A stretch of DNA of 64,000 nucleotides, taken from NCBI GenBank assembly GCA_043228905.1, contig JBHGNT010000043.1, positions 62,001-126,000 of the forward strand. Direction: 5' to 3'. A model generated the notes under the pieces. The model did not search any database. It worked only from the letters and a program-made list of their open reading frames with translations, and was not told the origin of the DNA. The DNA comes from Azolla caroliniana (Eukaryota; Plantae; Polypodiophyta). A program made the position numbers and the translations under genes. Below, piece by piece: positions 27,237 through 43,100 of this stretch. Each line of letters starts with the position of its first letter. The first letter of the stretch is position 1.

Positions 27237-30200
27237 CACCTCCTCAAATTTGGTAATTTCGTCATGTCTCTCGACCTGAGTTTCAAAATCTTGATTTTTT
27301 AATTCCATATCATAGGTAGCGTTGTTAGTTTCGATTCGCATGTTTGAACACAAAAATCAGATATCACACGAGCCACATATGAACATTTTAATTTGGCTAC
27401 TAGCTCTTCTCAACCACCTCCTCAAATTTAGTAATTTCGTCATGTCTCTCGACCTGAGTTTCAAAATCTTGATTTTTTAATTCTATATCATAGCTAGCGT
27501 TGTTAGCTTCGATTCGGAGGTTTGAACACTAAAATCCTATATCACACGAGCCACATATGAACATTTTAATTTACTCACGCGCTCTTCTCAACCACCTCCT
27601 CAAATTTGGTAATTTCGTCATGTCTCTCGACCTGAGTTTCAAAATCTTGATTTTTTAATTCCATATCATAGCTAGCGTTGTTAGTTTCGATTTGCTTGTT
27701 TGAACACAAAAATCCGTATCACACGAGCCACGTATGAACATTTTAATTTAGCTACTAGCTCTTCTCAACCACCTCCTCAAATTTGGTAATTTCGTCATGT
27801 CTCTCGACCTGAGTTTCAAAATCTTGATTTTTTAAATCCATATCATAGCTAGCGTTGTTAGCTTCGATTCGGAGGTTTGAACACTAAAATCCGATATGAC
27901 ACGAGCCACATATGAACATTTTAATTTACTCACGCGCTCTTCTCAACCACCTCCTCAAATTTGGTAATTTCGTCATGTCTCTCGACCTGAGTTTCAAAAT
28001 CTTGATTTTTTAATTCCATATCATAGGTAGCGTTGTTAGTTTCGATTCGCATGTTTGAACACAAAAAGCCGATATCACACGAGCCAGGTATCAACATTTT
28101 AATTTAGCTACTAGCTCTTCTCAACCACCTCCTCAAATTTGGTAATTTCTTCATGTCTCTTGACCTGAGTTTCAAAATCTTAGTTTTTTAATTCTATATC
28201 ATAGCTAGCGTTGTTAGCTTCGATTCGGAGGTTTGAACACTAAAATCCGACATCACACGAGCCACATATGAATATTTTAATTTACTCACGAGCTCTTCTC
28301 AACTCCCTCCTCAAATTTGCTAATTTCGTCATGTCTCTCTACCTGAGTTTCAAAATCTTGATTTTTTAAATCCATATCATAGCTAGCGTTGTTAGCTTCG
28401 ATTCGGAGGTTTGAACACTAAAATCCGATATCACACGAGCCACATATGAACATTTTAATTTACTCACGCGCTCTTCTCAACCACCTCCTCAAATTTGGTA
28501 ATTTCGTCATGTCTCTCGACCTGAGTTTCAAAATCTTGATTTTTTAATTCCATATCATAGGTAGCGTTGTTAGTTTCGATTCGCATGTTTGAACACAAAA
28601 ATCCGATATCACACGAGCCAGGTATCAACATTTTAATTTAGCTACTAGCTCTTCTCAACCACCTCCTCAAATTTGGTAATTTCGTCATGTCTCTCGACCT
28701 GAGTTTCAAAATCTTGATTTTTTAATTCCATATCATAGGTAGCGTTGTTAGTTTCGATTCGCATGTTTGAACACAAAAATCAGATATCACACGAGCCACA
28801 TATGAACATTTTAATTTACTCACGCGCTCTTCTCAACTCCCTTCTCAAATTTGGTAATTTCGTCATGTCTCTCGACCTGAGTTTCAAAATCTTGATTTTT
28901 TAATTCCATATCATAGGTAGCGTTGTTAGTTTCGATTCGCATGTTTGAACACAAAAATCAGATATCACACGAGCCACATATGAACATTTTAATTTGGCTA
29001 CTAGCTCTTCTCAACCACCTCCTCAAATTTAGTAATTTCGTCATGTCTCTCGACCTGAGTTTCAAAATCTTGATTTTTTAATTCTATATCATAGCTAGCG
29101 TTGTTAGCTTCGATTCGGAGGTTTGAACACTAAAATCCTATATCACACGAGCCACATATGAACATTTTAATTTACTCACGCGCTCTTCTCAACCACCTTC
29201 TCAAATTTGGTAATTTCGTCATGTCTCTCGACCTGAGTTTCAAAATCTTGATTTTTTAATTCCATATCATAGCTAGCGTTGTTAGTTTCGATTTGCTTGT
29301 TTGAACATAAAAATCCGTATCACACGAGCCACGTATGAACATTTTAATTTAGCTACTAGCTCTTCTCAACCACCTCCTCAAATTTGGTAATTTCGTCATG
29401 TCTCTCGACCTGAGTTTCAAAATCTTGATTTTTTAAATCCATATCATAGCTAGCGTTGTTAGCTTCGATTCGGAGGTTTGAACACTAAAATCCGATATGA
29501 CACGAGCCACATATGAACATTTTAATTTACTCACGCGCTCTTCTCAACCACCTCCTCAAATTTGGTAATTTCGTCATGTCTCTCGACCTGAGTTTCAAAA
29601 TCTTGATTTTTTAATTCCATATCATAGGTAGCGTTGTTAGTTTCGATTCGCATGTTTGAACACAAAAAGCCGATATCACACGAGCCAGGTATCAACATTT
29701 TAATTTAGCTACTAGCTCTTCTCAACCACCTCCTCAAATTTGGTAATTTCTTCATGTCTCTTGACCTGAGTTTCAAAATCTTAGTTTTTTAATTCTATAT
29801 CATAGCTAGCGTTGTTAGCTTCGATTCGGAGGTTTGAACACTAAAATCCGACATCACACGAGCCACATATGAATATTTTAATTTACTCACGCGCTCTTCT
29901 CAACTCCCTCCTCAAATTTGCTAATTTCGTCATGTCTCTCTACCTGAGTTTCAAAATCTTGATTTTTTAATTCCATATCATAGCTAGCGTTGTTAGTTTC
30001 GATTTGCATGTTTGAACACAAAAATCCGATATCACACGAGCCACGTATGAAAATTTTAATTTGGCTACTAGCTCTTCTCAACCACCTCCTCAAATTTGGT
30101 AATTTCGTCATGTCTGTCGACCTGAGTTTCAAAATCTTGATTTTTTAATTCTATATCATAGCTAGCGTTGTTAGTTTCGATTCGCATGTTTGAACACAAA

Positions 30201-32299
30201 AATCAGATATCACACGAGCCACATATGAACATTTTAATTTACTCACGCGCTCTTCTCAACTCCCTCCTCAAATTTGGTAATTTCGTCATGTCTCTCGACC
30301 TGAGTTTCAAAATCTTGATTTTCTAAATCCATATCATAGCTAGCGTTGTTAGCTTCGATTCGGAGGTTTGAACACTAAAATCCGACATCACACGAGCCAC
30401 ATATGAACATTTTAATTTACTCACGCGCTCCTCTCAACCACCTCCTCAAATTTGGTAATTTCGTCATGTCTCTCGACCTGAGTTTCAAAATCTTGATTTT
30501 TTAAATCCATATCATAGCTAGCGTTGTTAGCTTCGATTCGGAGGTTTGAACACTAAAATCCGATATGACACGAGCCACATATGAACATTTTAATTTACTC
30601 ACGCGCTCTTCTCAACCACCTCCTCAAATTTGGTAATTTCGTCATGTCTCTCGACCTGAGTTTCAAAATCTTGATTTTTTAATTCCATATCATAGGTAGC
30701 GTTGTTAGTTTCGATTCGCATGTTTGAACACAAAAAGCCGATATCACACGAGCCAGGTATCAACATTTTAATTTAGCTACTAGCTCTTCTCAACCACCTC
30801 CTCAAATTTGGTAATTTCTTCATGTCTCTTGACCTGAGTTTCAAAATCTTAGTTTTTTAATTCTATATCATAGCTAGCGTTGTTAGCTTCGATTCGGAGG
30901 TTTGAACACTAAAATCCGACATCACACGAGCCACATATGAATATTTTAATTTACTCACGCGCTCTTCTCAACTCCCTCCTCAAATTTGCTAATTTCGTCA
31001 TGTCTCTCTACCTGAGTTTCAAAATCTTGATTTTTTAATTCCATATCATAGCTAGCGTTGTTAGTTTCGATTTGCATGTTTGAACACAAAAATCCGATAT
31101 CACACGAGCCACGTATGAAAATTTTAATTTGGCTACTAGCTCTTCTCAACCACCTCCTCAAATTTGGTAATTTCGTCATGTCTGTCGACCTGAGTTTCAA
31201 AATCTTGATTTTTTAATTCTATATCATAGCTAGCGTTGTTAGTTTCGATTCGCATGTTTGAACACAAAAATCAGATATCACACGAGCCACATATGAACAT
31301 TTTAATTTACTCACGCGCTCTTCTCAACTCCCTCCTCAAATTTGGTAATTTCGTCATGTCTCTCGACCTGAGTTTCAAAATCTTGATTTTCTAAATCCAT
31401 ATCATAGCTAGCGTTGTTAGCTTCGATTCGCATGTTTGAACACAAAATCCGATATCACACGAGCAAGGTATGAACATTTTAATTTACTCAAGGGCTCCTC
31501 TCAACTCCTTTGTCAAGGTTGCTAATTTCGTCATGTCTCTCTACCTGAGTTTCACAATCTTGATTTTTTAATTCCATATCATAGCTAGCGTTGTTAGTTT
31601 CGATTTGCTTGTTTGAACACAAAAATCCGATATCACACGAGCCACGTATGAACATTTTAATTTAGCTACTAGCTCTTCTCAACCACCTCCTCAAATTTGG
31701 TAATTTCTTCATGTCTCTTGACCTGAGTTTCAAAATCTTGGTTTTTTAATTCTATATCATAGCTAGCGTTGTTAGCTTCGATTCGCATGTTTGAACACAA
31801 AAATCTGATATCACACGAGCCACGTATGAACATTTTAATTTACTCACGCGCTCTTCTCAACTCCCTCCTCAAATTTGCTAATTTCGTCATGTATCTCTAC
31901 CTGAGTTTCAAAATCTTGATTTTTTAATTCCATATCATAGCTAGCGTTGTTAGTTTCGATTTGCATGTTTGAACACAAAAATCCGATATCACACGAGCCA
32001 CGTATGAAAATTTTAATTTGGCTACTAGCTCTTCTCAACCACCTCCTCAAATTTAGTAATTTCGTCATGTCTCTCGACCTGAGTTTCAAAATCTTGATTT
32101 TCTAATTCTATATCATAGCTAGCGTTGTTAGCTTCGATTCGGAGGTTTGAACACTAAAATCCGATATCACACGAGCCACATATGAACATTTTAATTTACT
32201 CACGCGCTCTTCTCAACCACCTCCTCAAATTTGGTAATTTCGTCATGTCTCTCGACCTGAGTTTCACAATCTTGATTTTTTAATTCCATATCATAGCTA

Positions 32300-35050
32300 G
32301 CGTTGTTAGTTTCGATTTGCTTGTTTGAACACAAAAATCCGATATCACACGAGCCACGTATGAACATTTTAATTTAGCTACTAGCTCTTCTCAACCACCT
32401 CCTCAAATTTGGTAATTTCTTCATGTCTCTTGACCTGAGTTTCAAAATCTTGGTTTTTTAATTCTATATCATAGCTAGCGTTGTTAGCTTCGATTCGCAT
32501 GTTTGAACACAAAAATCCGATATCACACGAGCCACGTATGAACATTTTAATTTACTCACGCGCTCTTCTCAACTCCCTCCTCAAATTTGCTAATTTCGTC
32601 ATGTATCTCTACCTGAGTTTCAAAATCTTGATTTTTTAATTCCATATCATAGCTAGCGTTGTTAGTTTCGATTTGCATGTTTGAACACAAAAATCCGATA
32701 TCACACGAGCCACGCATGAAAATTTTAATTTGGCTACTAGCTCTTCTCAACCACCTCCTCAAATTTAGTAATTTCGTCATGTCTCTCGACCTGAGTTTCA
32801 AAATCTTGATTTTTTAATTCTATATCATAGCTAGCGTTGTTAGCTTCGATTCGGAGGTTTGAACACTAAAATCCGATATCACACGAGCCACGTATGAACA
32901 TTTTAATTTAGCTACTAGCTCTTCTCAACCACCTCCTCAAATTTGGTAATTTCCTCATGTCTCTCGACCTGAGTTTCAAAATCTTGATTTTTTAAATCCA
33001 TATCATAGCTAGCGTTGTTAGCTTCGATTCGGAGGTTTGAACACTAAAATCCGATATCACACGAGCCACGTATGAACATTTTAATTTAGCTACTAGCTAT
33101 TCTCAACCACCTCCTCAAATTTGGTAATTTCCTCATGTCTCTCGACCTGAGTTTCAAAATCTTGATTTTTTAAATCCATATCATAGCTAGCGTTGTTAGC
33201 TTCGATTCGGAGGTTTGAACACTAAAATCCGATATCACACGAGCCACATATGAACATTTTAATTTACTCACGCGCTCTTCTCAACCACCTCCTCAAATTT
33301 GGTAATTTCTTCATGTCTCCTGACCTGAGTTTCAAAATCTTGATTTTTTAAATCCATATCATAGCTAGCGTTGTTAGCTTCGATTCGGAGGTTTGAACAC
33401 TAAAATCCGATATCACACGAGCCACATATGAACATTTTAATTTACTCACGCGCTCTTCTCAACCACCTCCTCAAATTTGGTAATTTCGTCATGTCTCTCG
33501 ACCTGAGTTTCAAAATCTTGATTTTTTAAATCCATATCATAGCTAGCGTTGTTAGCTTCGATTCGGAGGTTTGAACACTAAAATCCGATATGACACGAGC
33601 CACATATGAACATTTTAATTTACTCACGCGCTCTTCTCAACCACCTCCTCAAATTTGGTAATTTCGTCATGTCTCTCTACCTGAGTTTCAAAATCTTGAT
33701 TTTTTAATTCCATATCATAGCTAGCGTTGTTAGTTTCGATTTGCTTGTTTGAACACAAAAATCCCATATCACACGAGCCACGTATGAACATTTTAATTTA
33801 GCTACTAGCTCTTCTCAACCACCTCCTCAAATTTGGTAATTTCTTCATGTCTCTTGACCTGAGTTTCAAAATCTTGGTTTTTTAATTCTATATCATAGCT
33901 AGCGTTGTTAGCTTCGATTCGCATGTTTGAACACAAAAATCCGATATCACACGAGCCACGTATGAACATTTTAATTTACTCACGCGCTCTTCTCAACTCC
34001 CTCCTCAAATTTGCTAATTTCGTCATGTATCTCTACCTGAGTTTCAAAATCTTGATTTTTTAATTCCATATCATAGCTAGCGTTGTTAGTTTCGATTTGC
34101 ATGTTTGAACACAAAAATCCGATATCACACGAGCCACGCATGAAAATTTTAATTTGGCTACTAGCTCTTCTCAACCACCTCCTCAAATTTAGTAATTTCG
34201 TCATGTCTCTCGACCTGAGTTTCAAAATCTTGATTTTTTAATTCTATATCATAGCTAGCGTTGTTAGCTTCGATTCGGAGGTTTGAACACTAAAATCCGA
34301 TATCACACGAGCCACGTATGAACATTTTAATTTAGCTACTAGCTCTTCTCAACCACCTCCTCAAATTTGGTAATTTCCTCATGTCTCTCGACCTGAGTTT
34401 CAAAATCTTGATTTTTTAAATCCATATCATAGCTAGCGTTGTTAGCTTCGATTCGGAGGTTTGAACACTAAAATCCGATATCACACGAGCCACGTATGAA
34501 CATTTTAATTTAGCTACTAGCTCTTCTCAACCACCTCCTCAAATTTGGTAATTTCCTCATGTCTCTCGACCTGAGTTTCAAAATCTTGATTTTTTAAATC
34601 CATATCATAGCTAGCGTTGTTAGCTTCGATTCGGAGGTTTGAACACTAAAATCCGATATCACACGAGCCACATATGAACATTTTAATTTACTCACGCGCT
34701 CTTCTCAACCACCTCCTCAAATTTGGTAATTTCTTCATGTCTCCTGACCTGAGTTTCAAAATCTTGATTTTTTAAATCCATATCATAGCTAGCGTTGTTA
34801 GCTTCGATTCGGAGGTTTGAACACTAAAATCCGATATCACACGAGCCACATATGAACATTTTAATTTACTCACGCGCTCTTCTCAACCACCTCCTCAAAT
34901 TTGGTAATTTCGTCATGTCTCTCGACCTGAGTTTCAAAATCTTGATTTTTTAAATCCATATCATAGCTAGCGTTGTTAGCTTCGATTCGGAGGTTTGAAC
35001 ACTAAAATCCGATATGACACGAGCCACATATGAACATTTTAATTTACTCA
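32300..35050. repeat. 1424-bp 8-monomer tandem duplication (2 copies)
   Basis: Private variant cacgcatg at 32711 and 34135; ORFs with IKIFMRG at 32556 and 33980; both offsets are 1424 = 8x178. Confidence 0.85.
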
Positions 35051-37189
35051 CGCACTCTTCTCAACCACCTCCTCAAATTTGGTAATTTCGTCATGTCTCT
35101 CGACCTGAGTTTCAAAATCTTGATTTTTTAATTCCATATCATAGGTAGCGTTGTTAGTTTCGATTCGCATGTTTGAACACAAAAAGCCGATATCACACGA
35201 GCCAGGTATCAACATTTTAATTTAGCTACTAGCTCTTCTCAACCACCTCCTCAAATTTGGTAATTTCTTCATGTCTCTTGACCTGAGTTTCAAAATCTTA
35301 GTTTTTTAATTCTATATCATAGCTAGCGTTGTTAGCTTCGATTCGGAGGTTTGAACACTAAAATCCGACATCACACGAGCCACATATGAATATTTTAATT
35401 TACTCACGCGCTCTTCTCAACTCCCTCCTCAAATTTGGTAATTTCTTCATGTCTCTCTACCTGAGTTTCAAAATCTTGATTTTTTAATTCCATATCATAG
35501 CTAGCGTTGTTAGTTTCGATTTGCATGTTTGAACACAAAAATCCGATATCACACGAGCCACGTATGAAAATTTTAATTTGGCTACTAGCTCTTCTCAACC
35601 ACCTCCTCAAATTTGGTAATTTCGTCATGTCTCTCGACCTGAGTTTCAAAATCTTGATTTTTTAATTCTATATCATAGCTAGCGTTGTTAGTTTCGATTC
35701 GCATGTTTGAACACAAAAATCAGATATCACACGAGCCACATATGAACATTTTAATTTACTCACGCGCTCTTCTCAACTCCCTCCTCAAATTTGGTAATTT
35801 CGTCATGTCTCTCGACCTGAGTTTCAAAATCTTGATTTTCTAAATCCATATCATAGCTAGCGTTGTTAGCTTTGATTCGGAGGTTTGAACACTAAAATCC
35901 GACATCACACGAGCCACATATGAACATTTTAATTTACTCACGCGCTCCTCTCAACCACCTCCTCAAATTTGGTAATTTCGTCATGTCTCTCGACCTGAGT
36001 TTCAAAATCTTGATTTTTTAAATCCATATCATAGCTAGCGTTGTTAGCTTCGATTCGGAGGTTTGAACACTAAAATCCGATATGACACGAGCCACATATG
36101 AACATTTTAATTTACTCACGCGCTCTTCTCAACCACCTCCTCAAATTTGGTAATTTCGTCATGTCTCTCGACCTGAGTTTCAAAATCTTGATTTTTTAAT
36201 TCCATATCATAGGTAGCGTTGTTAGTTTCGATTCGCATGTTTGAACACAAAAAGCCGATATCACACGAGCCAGGTATCAACATTTTAATTTAGCTACTAG
36301 CTCTTCTCAACCACCTCCTCAAATTTGGTAATTTCTTCATGTCTCTTGACCTGAGTTTCAAAATCTTAGTTTTTTAATTCTATATCATAGCTAGCGTCGT
36401 TAGCTTCGATTCGGAGGTTTGAACACTAAAATCCGACATCACACGAGCCACATATGAATATTTTAATTTACTCACGCGCTCTTCTCAACTCCCTCCTCAA
36501 ATTTGCTAATTTCGTCATGTCTCTCTACCTGAGTTTCAAAATCTTGATTTTTTAATTCCATATCATAGCTAGCGTTGTTAGTTTCGATTTGCATGTTTGA
36601 ACACAAAAATCCGATATCACACGAGCCACGTATGAAAATTTTAATTTGGCTACTAGCTCTTCTCAACCACCTCCTCAAATTTGGTAATTTCGTCATGTCT
36701 GTCGACCTGAGTTTCAAAATCTTGATTTTTTAATTCTATATCATAGCTAGCGTTGTTAGCTTCGATTCGGAGGTTTGAACACTAAAATCCGATATGAGAC
36801 GAGCCACATATGAACATTTTAATTTACTCACGCGCTCTTCTCAACCACCTCCTCAAATTTGGTAATTTCGTCATGTCTCTCGACCTGAGTTTCAAAATCT
36901 TGATTTTTTAATTCCATATCATAGCTAGCGTTGTTAGCTTCGATTCGCATGTTTGAACACAAAATCCGATATCACACGAGCAAGGTATGAACATTTTAAT
37001 TTACTCAAGGGCTCCTCTCAACTCCTTTGTCAAGGTTGCTAATTTCGTCATGTCTCTCTACCTGAGTTTCACAATCTTGATTTTTTAATTCCATATCATA
37101 GCTAGCGTTGTTAGTTTCGATTTGCTTGTTTGAACACAAAAATCCGATATCACACGAGCCACGTATGAACATTTTAATTTAGCTACTAG

Positions 37190-40100
37190 CTCTTCTCAAC
37201 CACCTCCTCAAATTTGGTAATTTCTTCATGTCTCTTGACCTGAGTTTCAAAATCTTGGTTTTTTAATTCTATATCATAGCTAGCGTTGTTAGCTTCGATT
37301 CGCATGTTTGAACACAAAAATCCGATATCACACGAGCCACGTATGAACATTTTAATTTACTCACGCGCTCTTCTCAACTCCCTCCTCAAATTTGCTAATT
37401 TCGTCATGTATCTCTACCTGAGTTTCAAAATCTTGATTTTTTAATTCCATATCATAGCTAGCGTTGTTAGTTTCGATTTGCATGTTTGAACACAAAAATC
37501 CGATATCACACGAGCCACGTATGAAAATTTTAATTTGGCTACTAGCTCTTCTCAACCACCTCCTCAAATTTAGTAATTTCGTCATGTCTCTCGACCTGAG
37601 TTTCAAAATCTTGATTTTTTAATTCTATATCATAGCTAGCGTTGTTAGCTTCGATTCGGAGGTTTGAACACTAAAATCCGATATCACACGAGCCACGTAT
37701 GAACATTTTAATTTAGCTACTAGCTCTTCTCAACCACCTCCTCAAATTTGGTAATTTCCTCATGTCTCTCGACCTGAGTTTCAAAATCTTGATTTTTTAA
37801 ATCCATATCATAGCTAGCGTTGTTAGCTTCGATTCGGAGGTTTGAACACTAAAATCCGATATCACACGAGCCACGTATGAACATTTTAATTTAGCTACTA
37901 GCTCTTCTCAACCACCTCCTCAAATTTGGTAATTTCCTCATGTCTCTCGACCTGAGTTTCAAAATCTTGATTTTTTAAATCCATATCATAGCTAGCGTTG
38001 TTAGCTTCGATTCGGAGGTTTGAACACTAAAATCCGATATCACACGAGCCACATATGAACATTTTAATTTACTCACGCGCTCTTCTCAACCACCTCCTCA
38101 AATTTGGTAATTTCTTCATGTCTCCTGACCTGAGTTTCAAAATCTTGATTTTTTAATTCCATATCATAGCTAGCGTTGTTAGTTTCGATTTGCTTGTTTG
38201 AACACAAAAATCCGATATCACACGAGCCACGTATGAACATTTTAATTTAGCTACTAGCTCTTCTCAACCACCTCCTCAAATTTGGTAATTTCTTCATGTC
38301 TCTTGACCTGAGTTTCAAAATCTTGGTTTTTTAATTCTATATCATAGCTAGCGTTGTTAGCTTCGATTCGCATGTTTGAACACAAAAATCCGATATCACA
38401 CGAGCCACGTATGAACATTTTAATTTACTCACGCGCTCTTCTCAACTCCCTCCTCAAATTTGCTAATTTCGTCATGTATCTCTACCTGAGTTTCAAAATC
38501 TTGATTTTTTAATTCCATATCATAGCTAGCGTTGTTAGTTTCGATTTGCATGTTTGAACACAAAAATCCGATATCACACGAGCCACGTATGAAAATTTTA
38601 ATTTGGCTACTAGCTCTTCTCAACCACCTCCTCAAATTTAGTAATTTCGTCATGTCTCTCGACCTGAGTTTCAAAATCTTGATTTTTTAATTCTATATCA
38701 TAGCTAGCGTTGTTAGCTTCGATTCGGAGGTTTGAACACTAAAATCCGATATCACACGAGCCACGTATGAACATTTTAATTTAGCTACTAGCTCTTCTCA
38801 ACCACCTCCTCAAATTTGGTAATTTCCTCATGTCTCTCGACCTGAGTTTCAAAATCTTGATTTTTTAAATCCATATCATAGCTAGCGTTGTTAGCTTCGA
38901 TTCGGAGGTTTGAACACTAAAATCCGATATCACACGAGCCACGTATGAACATTTTAATTTAGCTACTAGCTCTTCTCAACCACCTCCTCAAATTTGGTAA
39001 TTTCCTCATGTCTCTCGACCTGAGTTTCAAAATCTTGATTTTTTAAATCCATATCATAGCTAGCGTTGTTAGCTTCGATTCGGAGGTTTGAACACTAAAA
39101 TCCGATATCACACGAGCCACATATGAACATTTTAATTTACTCACGCGCTCTTCTCAACCACCTCCTCAAATTTGGTAATTTCTTCATGTCTCCTGACCTG
39201 AGTTTCAAAATCTTGATTTTTTAATTCCATATCATAGGTAGCGTTGTTAGTTTCGATTCGCATGTTTGAACACAAAAATCCGATATCACACGAGCCAGGT
39301 ATCAACATTTTAATTTAGCTACTAGCTCTTCTCAACCACCTCCTCAAATTTGGTAATTTCGTCATGTCTCTCGACCTGAGTTTCAAAATCTTGATTTTTT
39401 AATTCCATATCATAGGTAGCGTTGTTAGTTTCGATTCGCATGTTTGAACACAAAAATCAGATATCACACGAGCCACATATGAACATTTTAATTTACTCAC
39501 GCGCTCTTCTCAACTCCCTCCTCAAATTTGGTAATTTCGTCATGTCTCTCGACCTGAGTTTCAAAATCTTGATTTTCTAAATCCATATCATAGCTAGCGT
39601 TGTTAGCTTCGATTCGGAGGTTTGAACACTAAAATCCGACATCACACGAGCCACATATGAATATTTTAATTTACTCACGCGCTCTTCTCAACTCCCTCCT
39701 GAAATTTGGTAATTTCGTCATGTCTCTCGACCTGAGTTTCAAAATCTTGATTTTTTAATTCGATATCATAGCTAGCGTTGTTAGCTTCGATTTGCTTGTT
39801 TGAACACAGAAATCCGATATCACACGAGCCAGGTATCAACATTTTAATTTAGCTACTAGCTCTTCTCAACCACCTCCTCAAATTTGGTAATTTCTTCATG
39901 TCTCTTGACCTGAGTTTCAAAATCTTGGTTTTTTAATTCTATATCATAGCTAGCGTTGTTAGCTTCGATTCGCATGTTTGAACACAAAAATCCGATATCA
40001 CACGAGCCACGTATGAACATTTTAATTTACTCACGCGCTCTTCTCAACTCCCTCCTCAAATTTGCTAATTTCGTCATGTATCTCTACCTGAGTTTCAAAA

Positions 40101-43100
40101 TCTTGATTTTTTAATTCCATATCATAGCTAGCGTTGTTAGTTTCGATTTGCATGTTTGAACACAAAAATCCGATATCACACGAGCCACGTATGAAAATTT
40201 TAATTTGGCTACTAGCTCTTCTCAACCACCTCCTCAAATTTAGTAATTTCGTCATGTCTCTCGACCTGAGTTTCAAAATCTTGATTTTTTAATTCTATAT
40301 CATAGCTAGCGTTGTTAGCTTCGATTCGGAGGTTTGAACACTAAAATCCGATATCACACGAGCCACGTATGAACATTTTAATTTAGCTACTAGCTCTTCT
40401 CAACCACCTCCTCAAATTTGGTAATTTCCTCATGTCTCTCGACCTGAGTTTCAAAATCTTGATTTTTTAAATCCATATCATAGCTAGCGTTGTTAGCTTC
40501 GATTCGGAGGTTTGAACACTAAAATCCGATATCACACGAGCCACGTATGAACATTTTAATTTAGCTACTAGCTCTTCTCAACCACCTCCTCAAATTTGGT
40601 AATTTCCTCATGTCTCTCGACCTGAGTTTCAAAATCTTGATTTTTTAAATCCATATCATAGCTAGCGTTGTTAGCTTCGATTCGGAGGTTTGAACACTAA
40701 AATCCGATATCACACGAGCCACATATGAACATTTTAATTTACTCACGCGCTCTTCTCAACCACCTCCTCAAATTTGGTAATTTCTTCATGTCTCCTGACC
40801 TGAGTTTCAAAATCTTGATTTTTTAATTCCATATCATAGGTAGCGTTGTTAGTTTCGATTCGCTTGTTTGAACACAAAAATCCGATATCACACGAGCCAC
40901 GTATGAACATTTTAATTTAGCTACTAGCTCTTCTCAACCACCTCCTCAAATTTGGTAATTTCTTCATGTCTCTTGACCTGAGTTTCAAAATCTTGGTTTT
41001 TTAATTCTATATCATAGCTAGCGTTGTTAGCTTCGATTCGCATGTTTGAACACAAAAATCCGATATCACACGAGCCACGTATGAACATTTTAATTTACTC
41101 ACGCGCTCTTCTCAACTCCCTCCTCAAATTTGCTAATTTCGTCATGTATCTCTACCTGAGTTTCAAAATCTTGATTTTTTAATTCCATATCATAGCTAGC
41201 GTTGTTAGTTTCGATTTGCATGTTTGAACACAAAAATCCGATATCACACGAGCCACGTATGAAAATTTTAATTTGGCTACTAGCTCTTCTCAACCACCTC
41301 CTCAAATTTAGTAATTTCGTCATGTCTCTCGACCTGAGTTTCAAAATCTTGATTTTTTAATTCTATATCATAGCTAGCGTTGTTAGCTTCGATTCGGAGG
41401 TTTGAACACTAAAATCCGATATCACACGAGCCACGTATGAACATTTTAATTTAGCTACTAGCTCTTCTCAACCACCTCCTCAAATTTGGTAATTTCCTCA
41501 TGTCTCTCGACCTGAGTTTCAAAATCTTGATTTTTTAAATCCATATCATAGCTAGCGTTGTTAGCTTCGATTCGGAGGTTTGAACACTAAAATCCGATAT
41601 CACACGAGCCACGTATGAACATTTTAATTTAGCTACTAGCTCTTCTCAACCACCTCCTCAAATTTGGTAATTTCCTCATGTCTCTCGACCTGAGTTTCAA
41701 AATCTTGATTTTTTAAATCCATATCATAGCTAGCGTTGTTAGCTTCGATTCGGAGGTTTGAACACTAAAATCCGATATCACACGAGCCACATATGAACAT
41801 TTTAATTTACTCACGCGCTCTTCTCAACCACCTCCTCAAATTTGGTAATTTCTTCATGTCTCCTGACCTGAGTTTCAAAATCTTGATTTTTTAATTCCAT
41901 ATCATAGGTAGCGTTGTTAGTTTCGATTCGCAGGTTTGAACACAAAAATCCGATATCACACGAGCCAGGTATCAACATTTTAATTTAGCTACTAGCTCTT
42001 CTCAACCACCTCCTCAAATTTGGTAATTTCGTCATGTCTCTCGACCTGAGTTTCAAAATCTTGATTTTTTAATTCCATATCATAGGTAGCGTTGTTAGTT
42101 TCGATTCGCATGTTTGAACACAAAAATCAGATATCACACGAGCCACATATGAACATTTTAATTTACTCACGCGCTCTTCTCAACTCCCTCCTCAAATTTG
42201 GTAATTTCGTCATGTCTCTCGACCTGAGTTTCAAAATCTTGATTTTCTAAATCTATATCATAGCTAGCGTTGTTAGCTTCGATTCGGAGGTTTGAACACT
42301 AAAATCCGACATCACACGAGCCACATATGAATATTTTAATTTACTCACGCGCTCTTCTCAACTCCCTCCTGAAATTTGGTAATTTCGTCATGTCTCTCGA
42401 CCTGAGTTTCAAAATCTTGATTTTTTAATTCGATATCATAGCTAGCGTTGTTAGCTTCGATTTGCTTGTTTGAACACTAAAATCCGATATCACACGAGCC
42501 AGGTATCAACATTTTAATTTAGCTACTAGCTCTTCTCAACCACCTCCTCAAATTTGGTAATTTCTTCATGTCTCTTGACCTGAGTTTCAAAATCTTGGTT
42601 TTTTAATTCTATATCATAGCTAGCGTTGTTAGCTTCGATTCGCATGTTTGAACACAAAAATCCGATATCACACGAGCCACGTATGAACATTTTAATTTAC
42701 TCACGCGCTCTTCTCAACTCCCTCCTCAAATTTGCTAATTTCGTCATGTATCTCTACCTGAGTTTCAAAATCTTGATTTTTTAATTCCATATCATAGCTA
42801 GCGTTGTTAGTTTCGATTTGCATGTTTGAACACAAAAATCCGATATCACACGAGCCACGTATGAAAATTTTAATTTGGCTACTAGCTCTTCTCAACCACC
42901 TCCTCAAATTTAGTAATTTCGTCATGTCTCTCGACCTGAGTTTCAAAATCTTGATTTTTTAATTCTATATCATAGCTAGCGTTGTTAGCTTCGATTCGGA
43001 GGTTTGAACACTAAAATCCGATATCACACGAGCCACGTATGAACATTTTAATTTAGCTACTAGCTCTTCTCAACCACCTCCTCAAATTTGGTAATTTCCT

